Under the pieces are notes generated by a model. That model saw only the letters and a program-made list of their open reading frames with translations. It made no database searches and was not told where the DNA came from. A stretch of DNA of 64,000 bases from Chitinophagales bacterium (lineage in GTDB: Bacteria; Bacteroidota; Bacteroidia; Chitinophagales; Chitinophagaceae), in NCBI GenBank assembly GCA_038211085.1, contig JBBQVY010000001.1:43-64042 (forward strand), in the 5' to 3' direction. The first letter of the stretch is position 1, and every line of letters starts with the position of its first letter. Below, in pieces: positions 36,830 to 45,419 of this stretch. The position numbers and the translations under genes were made by a program.

Positions 36830-37020
36830 GTTGGGGTGTGATTAGAGTTGTGAATTATGGGTTATGATTAGGGGTTATGAATTAGGGAATGGCCTGCTTT
36901 ACGATTGAGTGTTTGGCAATACTTGTTGTCGCTACTAACTTTTATCAAATGGCTGCTTTCTTCTAACTTCTACCTCCTATCTTCTTACTTCTTGCTACTG
37001 AATAATGACTAATGACTATC
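36830..37020. repeat. Two-armed heptad tract between convergent genes (C-free arm, then G-poor arm)
   Basis: 36830-36892 has no C at all (GATTAGG GGTTATG AATTAGG ...). The region around 36950-37020 reads TTCTAAC TTCTACC TCCTATC TTCTTAC TTCTTGC TACTGAA TAATGAC TAATGAC TATCCTC. It overlaps the trmH stop codon and last codons. Confidence 0.8.
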
Positions 37021-37746
37021 CTCTCCCACTAAATGTGATAGAATAATACCCGTAGCTACAGCAGCATTTAAAGATTCAGCCATGCCTTTTTTAGGTATGG
37101 TTACCGGGTGAGTTATTTTAGATAGTACATCGCTTCTTATGCCTTTTGATTCATTACCAATGACCAAAATTCCTTCCTTTATTTTTTCAGCTTCATAAAC
37201 ATTGTTACCCTTTAGAAGTGCACCATAAACAGGAACTTTTTTTTCACTGAGCCATTCATTTAAATTGACATACCAACACTGAACCCGCGTTATACTACCC
37301 ATTGTTGATTGAACTACTTTGGCGTTGTACAGATCAACACAATCCTCGCTGCAAACAACCTGAGTTATTCCAAACCAATCTGCTATTCGTAAAATGGTCC
37401 CCATATTTCCAGGATCCTGTATTCCGTCTAAAGCCAAAAGGCAATGGTTTTTAAGGATGGGGTCACCCGTTGGCCTTTGCTGTCTTGCTATAAGTAATAC
37501 CTGGTTAGGTGTTTGCAATTGGCTGATCTTTTCTAACTGTATTGTTGAGATTTCAGTGAAAGGGAAATTAAGAATAGGCTGTACTTCAATCCACTCTTTT
37601 AAAGCATAAATATGAAGTATATTTGCTTGTGCCAAAAGCAGCTCCTGCACCAGTTTTGGCCCTTCAGCCACAAACACGTTGTCAGCATCACGTTGTCTTT
37701 TGTGGCATAAAGATTGAATATATTTGACTTCGTTTTTACTCAGCAT
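37009..37746 (-). CDS. TrmH/SpoU family RNA 2'-O-methyltransferase
   Basis: SpoU motifs DPGNMGTILRIADWFG, VIGNESKGI and ESLNAAVATGIIL. Confidence 0.85.
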   Translation of the reverse strand: MLSKNEVKYIQSLCHKRQRDADNVFVAEGPKLVQELLLAQANILHIYALKEWIEVQPILNFPFTEISTIQLEKISQLQTPNQVLLIARQQRPTGDPILKNHCLLALDGIQDPGNMGTILRIADWFGITQVVCSEDCVDLYNAKVVQSTMGSITRVQCWYVNLNEWLSEKKVPVYGALLKGNNVYEAEKIKEGILVIGNESKGIRSDVLSKITHPVTIPKKGMAESLNAAVATGIILSHLVGEDSH

Positions 37747-37753
37747 TTCATTT

Positions 37754-40171
37754 ATGTTTCAATCGAAAAAGCCTGCAAATATCTCCTTTTTATACATCTG
37801 CATGGCGCTCTTATTGTTTGCATCGTGCACGGTTGTTAAGCAATATCCTACAAACAAGCCTTTCGTTTTTAAAAACATAATAAATGTTGAAGGCAATATT
37901 TCGAAAGATGAAAAAAAGCGCCTTGAACTAGACCTCCAAAATTACTGGGACGACAGCCTGAAAGTTAAAATGATCACCCAGTTTGGAATTAGGACTGTTA
38001 TAAAAAAACCCAACAGATTTGATAGTTTGGCCATCAATTCTTCCATTGCATTTATGCGGAGTTATCTAAATTCACAGGGATACTATAATGTAATTCTTAA
38101 CGACAGCATAAACATAGATACGGTTAAAGACCAATTGAGAACCACGGTGTTTATGAACATAAGCCTTGGTAAAAATCTCACCATTGATTCTTTGGCTTTT
38201 GATTTTAAAAGTGCTGACCTGCAACAAATAATTAAGGCCAACGAAAAGGAATTTCAATTAAAAGAAGGAAAGCCCTATTCGAAGCAAATTATTGCTACAG
38301 AACTTGACAGGCTTGTAACACTGTTTAGAAAGAACGGATACTACAAGCTAAACCGTGAAGACCTGGTTGCTGTTGTAGATACTACGGATATTTCATTGCT
38401 CGAAATAACGCTTGACCCATTTGAACAGGCGCGACAGATTGCAGAAGCTACAGAGCGAAGAAGACTAAACCCCACTGTTGATGTTTCGATAAGAGAAAGA
38501 GATACTACTGAAATTTTTTCGAAATACTATATAGGTAATGTGTTTTTCTACCCACAGGCAAGGATTAACGACATACCCGATTCATTAATGCAAATGAATT
38601 ATAATATCGTATTTACCAAGGGAAACAAAACCAGCAAGCAGAACACTCCATTCATACATTTCAGACCTTTGGATGAGCATACTTACCTGCGAAAGGGAGC
38701 ATTGTACAATGAAGTACAATATTTTAAAACGGTAAATGCCTTAAGCCAGTTGGGCACCTGGAACCAGGTTGATATAAGAACCAGGGAAATGACTGATACC
38801 ATCCATAACTTCATTCCGGGAGACTCTTCAACTGCTGCACAGGTCAGGGTTGATTCGGTTAACATGCTCAACTTTCATTTGTTTTTAACTCCTGCTCAAA
38901 AATATTCCATCAGCACCGACCTGGAAGTAAGCCGTAACAGTGGAACCATTCTTAATGGAAACCTGTTGGGAATAGCCAATAATATTACGCTTCGTAACCG
39001 CAATGTTTGGAAAGAAGCAATTCAGTCTGGAACGATTGTAAGGAACGGAGTAGAACTATCACTGGCTAACAATGCGCCACTGCAAACATTTCAATCAAGT
39101 GTTTCACATACATTAAGCATTCCCCGTTTATTGGCGCCCTGGCAATTTAACAGGATGAAACGACTGGATGCCTATAAAACTGTAGTTAATTTTTCTGCTG
39201 CATATACTGAGCGTCGTAATTTTTTCAGGCTTAGATCTTTAATATCATCGTACGGTTACGAATGGAAAAAAAAGAATAATATTTGGTTATATAAACCGCT
39301 TAATGTTGAATTGAATTCGCTGGACATACTACCCGGCCTTGATAGCGCATTTATAAAAAATCCGTTTTTACGTACGGCCTTTAACACAGGTTATGTAGTA
39401 AGCCAAACGCTCACGTTTAATACCACCTTTGCAGGAAACAAACCAAACGTAAGTAACTATGTTCGTTTATCGGCTGAAGAAGCCGGGGGCCTGCTCGGCT
39501 TTTTAAAAGGGTTGAATGATAAGATATACCGCTATATTAAAGTGGAGGGTGAGTTTAGACAATTAAAAAGTTTTAGAAAGACAGCCCTCGCCTATCGCTT
39601 TTTTGGAGGCATTGGCTACAACTATAGCAACGACCCAAAGATTGGCCAGTCCCTGCCCTTTTTTAAACAATTTGTAGCTGGCGGACCAAATAGCATGCGT
39701 GCCTGGCCATTGAGGCAACTGGGCCTTGGCTCATCGCTGCTGAGCGATACTTCTACCAGTTTTAAAGACCGCTATGGAGATATACAATTAGAAACAAACA
39801 TTGAATACCGTTTTCCTATTACAACCATAAGCACCATTAAAATAGGCAGCGCAATTTTTGCCGACATTGGCAATATCTGGAACCTGAAAAACAATGTGAC
39901 CAATGCTAATAGTAAACTTACCTGGAACCGCTTTGCACGTGATATTGCCATTGGTGTTGGCTCGGGTCTTCGCTTCGATTTCAATTATTTTCTTATCCGC
40001 TTCGATTTTGCCTTTAAAGTTAAAGACCCTGCCCGCATAAAAAACAATGGCTGGATAAACATCAGAGATTTTGAATGGCGCAACAAAGAGTTTGAAATTG
40101 AAGGTGCTGACGGAACCGTACTAAAGAGGAACAACTATGCATTTCAATTGGGCATTGGCTTACCGTTTTAA
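37754..40171 (+). CDS. BamA/TamA (Omp85) family outer-membrane protein
   Basis: Lipoprotein-like signal (LLLFASC), POTRA-like N-terminal region, C-terminal surface antigen D15 barrel ending QLGIGLPF. Start moved from TTG 37724 to ATG 37754. Confidence 0.8.
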   Translation: MFQSKKPANISFLYICMALLLFASCTVVKQYPTNKPFVFKNIINVEGNISKDEKKRLELDLQNYWDDSLKVKMITQFGIRTVIKKPNRFDSLAINSSIAFMRSYLNSQGYYNVILNDSINIDTVKDQLRTTVFMNISLGKNLTIDSLAFDFKSADLQQIIKANEKEFQLKEGKPYSKQIIATELDRLVTLFRKNGYYKLNREDLVAVVDTTDISLLEITLDPFEQARQIAEATERRRLNPTVDVSIRERDTTEIFSKYYIGNVFFYPQARINDIPDSLMQMNYNIVFTKGNKTSKQNTPFIHFRPLDEHTYLRKGALYNEVQYFKTVNALSQLGTWNQVDIRTREMTDTIHNFIPGDSSTAAQVRVDSVNMLNFHLFLTPAQKYSISTDLEVSRNSGTILNGNLLGIANNITLRNRNVWKEAIQSGTIVRNGVELSLANNAPLQTFQSSVSHTLSIPRLLAPWQFNRMKRLDAYKTVVNFSAAYTERRNFFRLRSLISSYGYEWKKKNNIWLYKPLNVELNSLDILPGLDSAFIKNPFLRTAFNTGYVVSQTLTFNTTFAGNKPNVSNYVRLSAEEAGGLLGFLKGLNDKIYRYIKVEGEFRQLKSFRKTALAYRFFGGIGYNYSNDPKIGQSLPFFKQFVAGGPNSMRAWPLRQLGLGSSLLSDTSTSFKDRYGDIQLETNIEYRFPITTISTIKIGSAIFADIGNIWNLKNNVTNANSKLTWNRFARDIAIGVGSGLRFDFNYFLIRFDFAFKVKDPARIKNNGWINIRDFEWRNKEFEIEGADGTVLKRNNYAFQLGIGLPF

Positions 40172-40347
40172 GGGTGAATGCTGAAAGAAGTAGGAAAATG
40201 GTTAAGGGTAAATGGTGGGAGAAAATAGGAACTGAAAAATTGATTATTCATTCTTCACTATTGACTATAGAGTTTGACCCAATGACTATTGACCCAATGA
40301 CCAATGACAACTACTGACCATTGACTATAGACCATTGACTATTAACT
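40172..40347. repeat. Two-armed heptad tract between convergent genes (C-poor arm, then TGAC-heptad arm)
   Basis: GGTGAAT GCTGAAA GAAGTAG GAAAATG GTTAAGG GTAAATG GTGGGAG has 2 C in about 77 nt. Then come CATTGAC TATAGAC CATTGAC TATTAAC and similar units. The second arm encodes the last roughly 11 codons of the GH1 gene. Confidence 0.8.
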
Positions 40348-41684
40348 GCCCTGCTTTTCACAAACTCCCCGTACCATTTACCTGAGCTTTTTATAATGCG
40401 CTTTTGAGTCTTAAAATCAACATGGACCAAACCAAAACGTGGCTGATATCCTTCGGCCCATTCAAAGTTGTCAGTAAAACTCCAAACGAAATAGCCACTC
40501 ACATTTATACCTTCCCGCTTTGCCCGAAGCACCTGTTGAATATGCTGTTGTAAATATTTTGTTCTTTGATGGTCGTACACTTTGTCATTAACTACAACGT
40601 CGGCAAAGGCTGCTCCATTCTCTGTTACAATCAACTCCTTTATGTTATACGAGCCAAATTTTTTCAGCATCTCATAAATACATTCCGGGTACACTTCCCA
40701 CTTCATTGCAGTTATGTCAACTGAACGTTGGGTTGCCGGTACAATCCTGGCCCAAATGAAGGGTTTGTAATAGGAGTAGGCCACAATTTCACGGGTATAA
40801 TTTTGAACGCCTATAAAATCCATGTCAAAACTTAACCTGCTTTCGTCGCCGGCCTTTACAAACTGCTCCAGGCGTTGCAATAATTTAAAATCTTTTACGG
40901 GGTATCCTTTGCCAACAAGCGGTTCAATAAACAGGCGGTTCACCAGGGCATCTACACGATTGGCAGCCAGGTAATCGCGTTCTGTTTGCCGGTAAGGTTG
41001 TATATACGAGCAGGAGATGGTAGTGCCCACTTTGCTGTTGGGTAAAAAGTCTTTAACTACCCGACCACCTTCGGCCTGGCAGAGAGCAGCATGATGCACA
41101 GCAGCTAAAAAATGATTGAGGCCCTTTTTACCAGGTGCATGAATGCCCAAAAAATGACCGGCACCCGTAAAAACCAATGGTTCATTTAACACCATCCAAT
41201 GCTTAACCCTATCGCCAAAGGCTTTCATACACACAGCAACATAGTCGCAAAACCAACCAATGATATCGCGGTTTGTCCAGCCGCCCTTTTGCTCCAAAGC
41301 GTAGGGTAAATCCCAATGGTACAGGGTTATCCATGGCTCTATACCCAGTTCAAGACAAAAGTCTATCACCTTGTTATAAAACTCAATGCCCTTATAATTT
41401 ATGGTGCCGGTGCCGTTTGGTAAAATTCTGCTCCATGAGATAGAGAACCGGAAATTGGGAATGTTCATGGCACTCATCAGCGCAATGTCTTGTGCATAAT
41501 GGTGGTAAAAATCGCAGGTTACATTAGCGTGTTGATTGGCTAAGGTTTTACCGGGCGTTTGGGCAAATACATCCCAAATGGATTCTCCTTTTCCATCCAT
41601 ATCATGGGCACCTTCTACCTGGTATGCAGCCGTTGAAACACCCCATATAAAATCATCCCCAAAATCTTCTTTTGTATACTCCAT
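40311..41684 (-). CDS. GH1 beta-glucosidase, cytoplasmic (no signal peptide)
   Basis: Acid/base motif VLNEP and nucleophile motif VTENGAAF. N-terminal FIWGVSTAAYQVEGA. Confidence 0.9.
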   Translation of the reverse strand: MEYTKEDFGDDFIWGVSTAAYQVEGAHDMDGKGESIWDVFAQTPGKTLANQHANVTCDFYHHYAQDIALMSAMNIPNFRFSISWSRILPNGTGTINYKGIEFYNKVIDFCLELGIEPWITLYHWDLPYALEQKGGWTNRDIIGWFCDYVAVCMKAFGDRVKHWMVLNEPLVFTGAGHFLGIHAPGKKGLNHFLAAVHHAALCQAEGGRVVKDFLPNSKVGTTISCSYIQPYRQTERDYLAANRVDALVNRLFIEPLVGKGYPVKDFKLLQRLEQFVKAGDESRLSFDMDFIGVQNYTREIVAYSYYKPFIWARIVPATQRSVDITAMKWEVYPECIYEMLKKFGSYNIKELIVTENGAAFADVVVNDKVYDHQRTKYLQQHIQQVLRAKREGINVSGYFVWSFTDNFEWAEGYQPRFGLVHVDFKTQKRIIKSSGKWYGEFVKSRAVNSQWSIVNGQ

Positions 41685-41693
41685 TAACGGCTG

Positions 41694-42773
41694 TTATAGG
41701 TTCGAAACAATTTTCTTTAGTGTTTCCTTTCTTAATTTTTTTGCAGTGTATACTTTCTTTCCCGCCTTTAATTGTGAGGTGATTTCAGAAGCATGCTTGT
41801 TAAGGATAGTTAAAAAAATGGCTTCAGTTTCATCGGGATAATCAACAGGTACTGTAGCATCATTTTCCAGCCAGTTAATGATTGTTTCAATATGTTTCTT
41901 TTTTAAGGATTTGATAGCCGGTACGCCCATTTGCTGCAAGGCGGCAGCATTACATTGCTGCTCATACTGCCCCTTCATTGGAATTACCAATAGCTTTTTT
42001 TTCAGGAATAATGCCTCTGCCGGGGTTTCAAAACCTGCGCCACAAATCACCCCCTTACATGAGGCCATGCTTGCAATAAAGTCATCATTATTTATCGGGC
42101 ATATTTCAATGCTCTTACTGCTGATCTTAATTTTATTGTGTTTCGAAAACACCTGCCACTTTACATCTTTGCAAGCACCCAAAATTTTAATGATCCGTTC
42201 ATCGCTGTATGCAGGAAGATAAACTGTGTAGTGCCCCTTATTTGTAACGGGCATTTCTCTTACCTGCTTACGGATGACCGGGGTAAAAATATTATCGTCG
42301 TAAGCTTTAAAGTGAAAGCCATACTTATAATTTACAGGTGCATATTTTTTTAATATTGCCCTGCCCAATAAATCGCTTTTTGCAGGAGGAGGAGATTTTT
42401 TATTAAGCACTGCAGCCTGGTGACTTACCCCAATACAAAGTTTGCCTTTTTGATAACAGGCCCATGCCGAAACAGGTTCAAAGTCATTTATCACAATGTC
42501 GTAGTCCTGAACAGGTAGATGATTGATCTCATTAAACAACACCCGCAGGTGGCTTCTTTTATAAGTTTCAAAAAGGTCTATTCCTCCCTGCTTACCAAAT
42601 ATAAAACTTAGCCCTTCGTACCGGTACTTAACCTCAAATGGCAGGTCAACCTCAGCCTGTGTACCGCTAAGCAATACATCTACATCATAATGCTTTTGAA
42701 GTATCGGTACAATTTCTCTTGCCCTGGCTACGTGGCCGTTACCGGTGCCTTGTATAGCATATAAAATTTTCAT
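41694..42773 (-). CDS. Glycosyltransferase, MJ1255/TIGR00661-like (GT-B fold)
   Basis: MKILYAIQGTGNGHVARAREIVPIL N terminus and a C-terminal GAGFETPAEAL nucleotide-sugar binding segment. Confidence 0.7.
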   Translation of the reverse strand: MKILYAIQGTGNGHVARAREIVPILQKHYDVDVLLSGTQAEVDLPFEVKYRYEGLSFIFGKQGGIDLFETYKRSHLRVLFNEINHLPVQDYDIVINDFEPVSAWACYQKGKLCIGVSHQAAVLNKKSPPPAKSDLLGRAILKKYAPVNYKYGFHFKAYDDNIFTPVIRKQVREMPVTNKGHYTVYLPAYSDERIIKILGACKDVKWQVFSKHNKIKISSKSIEICPINNDDFIASMASCKGVICGAGFETPAEALFLKKKLLVIPMKGQYEQQCNAAALQQMGVPAIKSLKKKHIETIINWLENDATVPVDYPDETEAIFLTILNKHASEITSQLKAGKKVYTAKKLRKETLKKIVSNL

Positions 42774-43627
42774 AAGCGCATCAGGTTAAACTCCTGTACC
42801 ATATTGTTGAATAATTCGCTTGTGTTCAAATCTTCTTCCACCTCTTCGTCCTTTAGTAACATACTCTTCTTGTCTTCTTCGCTGAACCTATAAATACTCC
42901 AAACCCCATTAACACATTCAAGAGCTGAAAGATTTTCAATCCAGTCGCCGGAATTCATATAAGTGATACTTCCCTGGTCGTTACTGATTTGCCTGATCTC
43001 AGGGTGATGAATGTGTCCGCATACTACATAATCGTATTGGTTGCTGATACCAATGTCTGCGCTGGTTTGTTCAAAGTTATTTATAAATGATACGGCAGAT
43101 TTTACACTGTTCTTTATCTTTTTTGAAAGTGATATTTTGCCCTTTTTAAATATTTTTTCGGAGATGAAGTTGGCCATGCTGTTAATGATGATGAGTGTAT
43201 CGTAACCCACCGCTCCCAGCTTAGCCAGCCATTTGGAATGCTGCATGGTTACATCAAAAACATCGCCATGAAAAACCCATGCTTTCTTATCACCCGGCAG
43301 GTCGAGGATCACCTTATTTACTATACGGAAGGAGCCCATTTTAAGACCAACAAATTTGCGCAGCATTTCATCGTGGTTGCCAGTAACATAATAGGTCTTT
43401 ACACCTTTTCCAATCCAGCTAAAAATATGTTTTACCACCTTCATATGGCTCTTAGGCCAGTAGTTTTTGCTAAACTGCCATATATCAATAATGTCTCCGT
43501 TTAAAACCACCGTTTTTGGACGTATACTTTTTAGGTAATACAATAATTCTTTGGCCCGGCAACCATAAGTACCCAGGTGTATGTCCGATATTACCAGTAC
43601 ATCCACAACACGTTTTTGCTTTTTCAT
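42770..43627 (-). CDS. LpxH-like metallophosphoesterase (UDP-2,3-diacylglucosamine diphosphatase family)
   Basis: Calcineurin-like motifs SDIHLG, NGDIID, GNHDE and GHIH. ATGA overlap with the downstream glycosyltransferase gene. Confidence 0.75.
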   Translation of the reverse strand: MKKQKRVVDVLVISDIHLGTYGCRAKELLYYLKSIRPKTVVLNGDIIDIWQFSKNYWPKSHMKVVKHIFSWIGKGVKTYYVTGNHDEMLRKFVGLKMGSFRIVNKVILDLPGDKKAWVFHGDVFDVTMQHSKWLAKLGAVGYDTLIIINSMANFISEKIFKKGKISLSKKIKNSVKSAVSFINNFEQTSADIGISNQYDYVVCGHIHHPEIRQISNDQGSITYMNSGDWIENLSALECVNGVWSIYRFSEEDKKSMLLKDEEVEEDLNTSELFNNMVQEFNLMRL

Positions 43628-43924
43628 TTAGTTAAGGATTGCGCAAGACGGAAGAAAAATTAATAAATGACGGGACAACTAACCGTGAAAGCACATTAGC
43701 AATAAAATTGTTGGCAGCCTTGTAAAACCTACTCTTATGCTTTGCATTTAAAACAGGCCGGGATACAATTTTTAAAGAAGAATGATTGCCAATTTGAGAT
43801 TCATTTAAAAGTAGCATATATGGACGTTTATGCAAAATACCGATTGCATGTAAAGCGAATGTTACCACTGTATTACCTAAGTATTATGTATCATCCGCAG
43901 CTACTGTTAATTACTAACTTTAAA

Positions 43925-43959
43925 ATAAAAAAGCCGCTCTGCAATAGCAGAACGGCTTA
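43925..43959 (-). terminator. Rho-independent terminator of the lipoprotein / TonB-receptor operon
   Basis: On the minus strand: agccgttctgc-tatt-gcagagcggct followed by TTTTTT. Confidence 0.75.
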
Positions 43960-43980
43960 TGAATATTAATGTGGTTATAT

Positions 43981-45387
43981 TTAAAACTTAGTCCATGTTC
44001 TCCACCATGTGTCGCCTATAGCGCAGGCACCTTTATATGCTACCTGTGTAAAACCTGTAAGTTTTGAGGCTGAAAATAGTGCACCGCTTGCAGCGGGAGA
44101 ACCAGCATCAGCAATGTTGAAGTCTGGCGCTGTATAGTTAAATGGAGCGACCAATTTAACATCGCTATTATTTGCAAGTATAGAATTGCTATAGGCAGCA
44201 GTACTGTACCACGCCAATATAGATGCATTATCTGCACCAGTTGCTGCTGTAGAACTTGCTGCATACACAACAGGTAGCGGGCTGCCAGCTATAATGGTTC
44301 CCTGCACAAATAATGACGGTGTTGTACCATTTATGTTGTTATCAGTAGGCACTCCTTTGGAAGCATCGATAATTAATCCCCTTGGCCAGCCGGCAATAAT
44401 GGAATTGTATAAAGAAATAGTGGAGTTACGGCGTATTTGCGCACCAGCTAAAAACTTGCTATTACCAATGTTGGTAAGAGTAGCTTTTGGACCAAGAACA
44501 GTCATGTTACTAAACACTGCAGACGTTTGTGGAGTAAGGTTACTTCCATTAGCGTCGTTATCGCTTTCAAAGGCTTCGCTATTGCTAATGTCTGCTACAG
44601 CAGAATCACGCAAGGCAATACCAAATTGTACTTTTCCGGCAAAGCCGTTGTCTGTATCAAAATCATCATCAAGAGTGCGGAATGAGATGAGGTGACGGCA
44701 ATTTACATTTCCGCCAAACCACTCAAAACTATCGTCGTTGGCATAAGATACCTGCACATAATCAACCACTGTCTGGCTACCTACACCACCGAAAGTAAGA
44801 CCATTGATTTCCTTATCGGGTAAAAAAGCATAGCCGGCATATTCAATACGGACATAGCGTAAAATACCACTGTTATCAGCGGGGTTTTGTTGCTGTGTTA
44901 CGGGTGTACCATATAAGCCCAAACCATCACTGTTATTAATACCTCCTTCAATTTCACCAAGCCCCTGCTGACCGTTAAAAGATGCATTGGTTGGTGCATT
45001 ACCAAGTATTACCACGCCAGCCCAGTCGCCACGTTGTGGAGTAGCTGCTTCTGAGGTAAACACAATTGGTTTAGCAGCAGTGGCATCAGCAATTATTTTG
45101 CTGCTGCGGGTAATGATCAAGCCGCCGTTACGGCCGCTTTCACCAACTATTTTAGTGCCCGGCTCAATGGTTAAAACGGCGCCATTGGTTACATATACAA
45201 GACCACGCAGTTTGTAAACAAACTCTGCCTTTAATGTTCTGTTGGAGGTTATCCTGCCTTCCAAAATAGTATTCTCGGTAGTGCCACCCGGCTGGGTTAC
45301 AACCGTAGTTCCACCGTCCACTTCTATCTTACGGCACCCGGTCATAAATAAACCGCCTGTTATCAGCAAAAGAAACAACTTTTTCAT
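43981..45387 (-). CDS. Surface lipoprotein, probably beta-helical, partner of the upstream TonB-dependent receptor
   Basis: Lipobox LFMTGC. Gly/Asn/Thr-rich repeats. 32-nt gap from the TBDR gene on the same strand. Confidence 0.7.
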   Translation of the reverse strand: MKKLFLLLITGGLFMTGCRKIEVDGGTTVVTQPGGTTENTILEGRITSNRTLKAEFVYKLRGLVYVTNGAVLTIEPGTKIVGESGRNGGLIITRSSKIIADATAAKPIVFTSEAATPQRGDWAGVVILGNAPTNASFNGQQGLGEIEGGINNSDGLGLYGTPVTQQQNPADNSGILRYVRIEYAGYAFLPDKEINGLTFGGVGSQTVVDYVQVSYANDDSFEWFGGNVNCRHLISFRTLDDDFDTDNGFAGKVQFGIALRDSAVADISNSEAFESDNDANGSNLTPQTSAVFSNMTVLGPKATLTNIGNSKFLAGAQIRRNSTISLYNSIIAGWPRGLIIDASKGVPTDNNINGTTPSLFVQGTIIAGSPLPVVYAASSTAATGADNASILAWYSTAAYSNSILANNSDVKLVAPFNYTAPDFNIADAGSPAASGALFSASKLTGFTQVAYKGACAIGDTWWRTWTKF

Positions 45388-45419
45388 ACTTCGATTTTAT
45401 TAATTTTTCGTGTGTTTGG

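Noticed and set aside
43632-43969. ORFs 43632..43868 (-) and 43742..43969 (+) in the gap between the LpxH-like and lipoprotein genes
   Set aside because: The two overlap each other on opposite strands. They span the lipoprotein operon terminator and the LpxH-like promoter region, and nothing about them looks protein-like.
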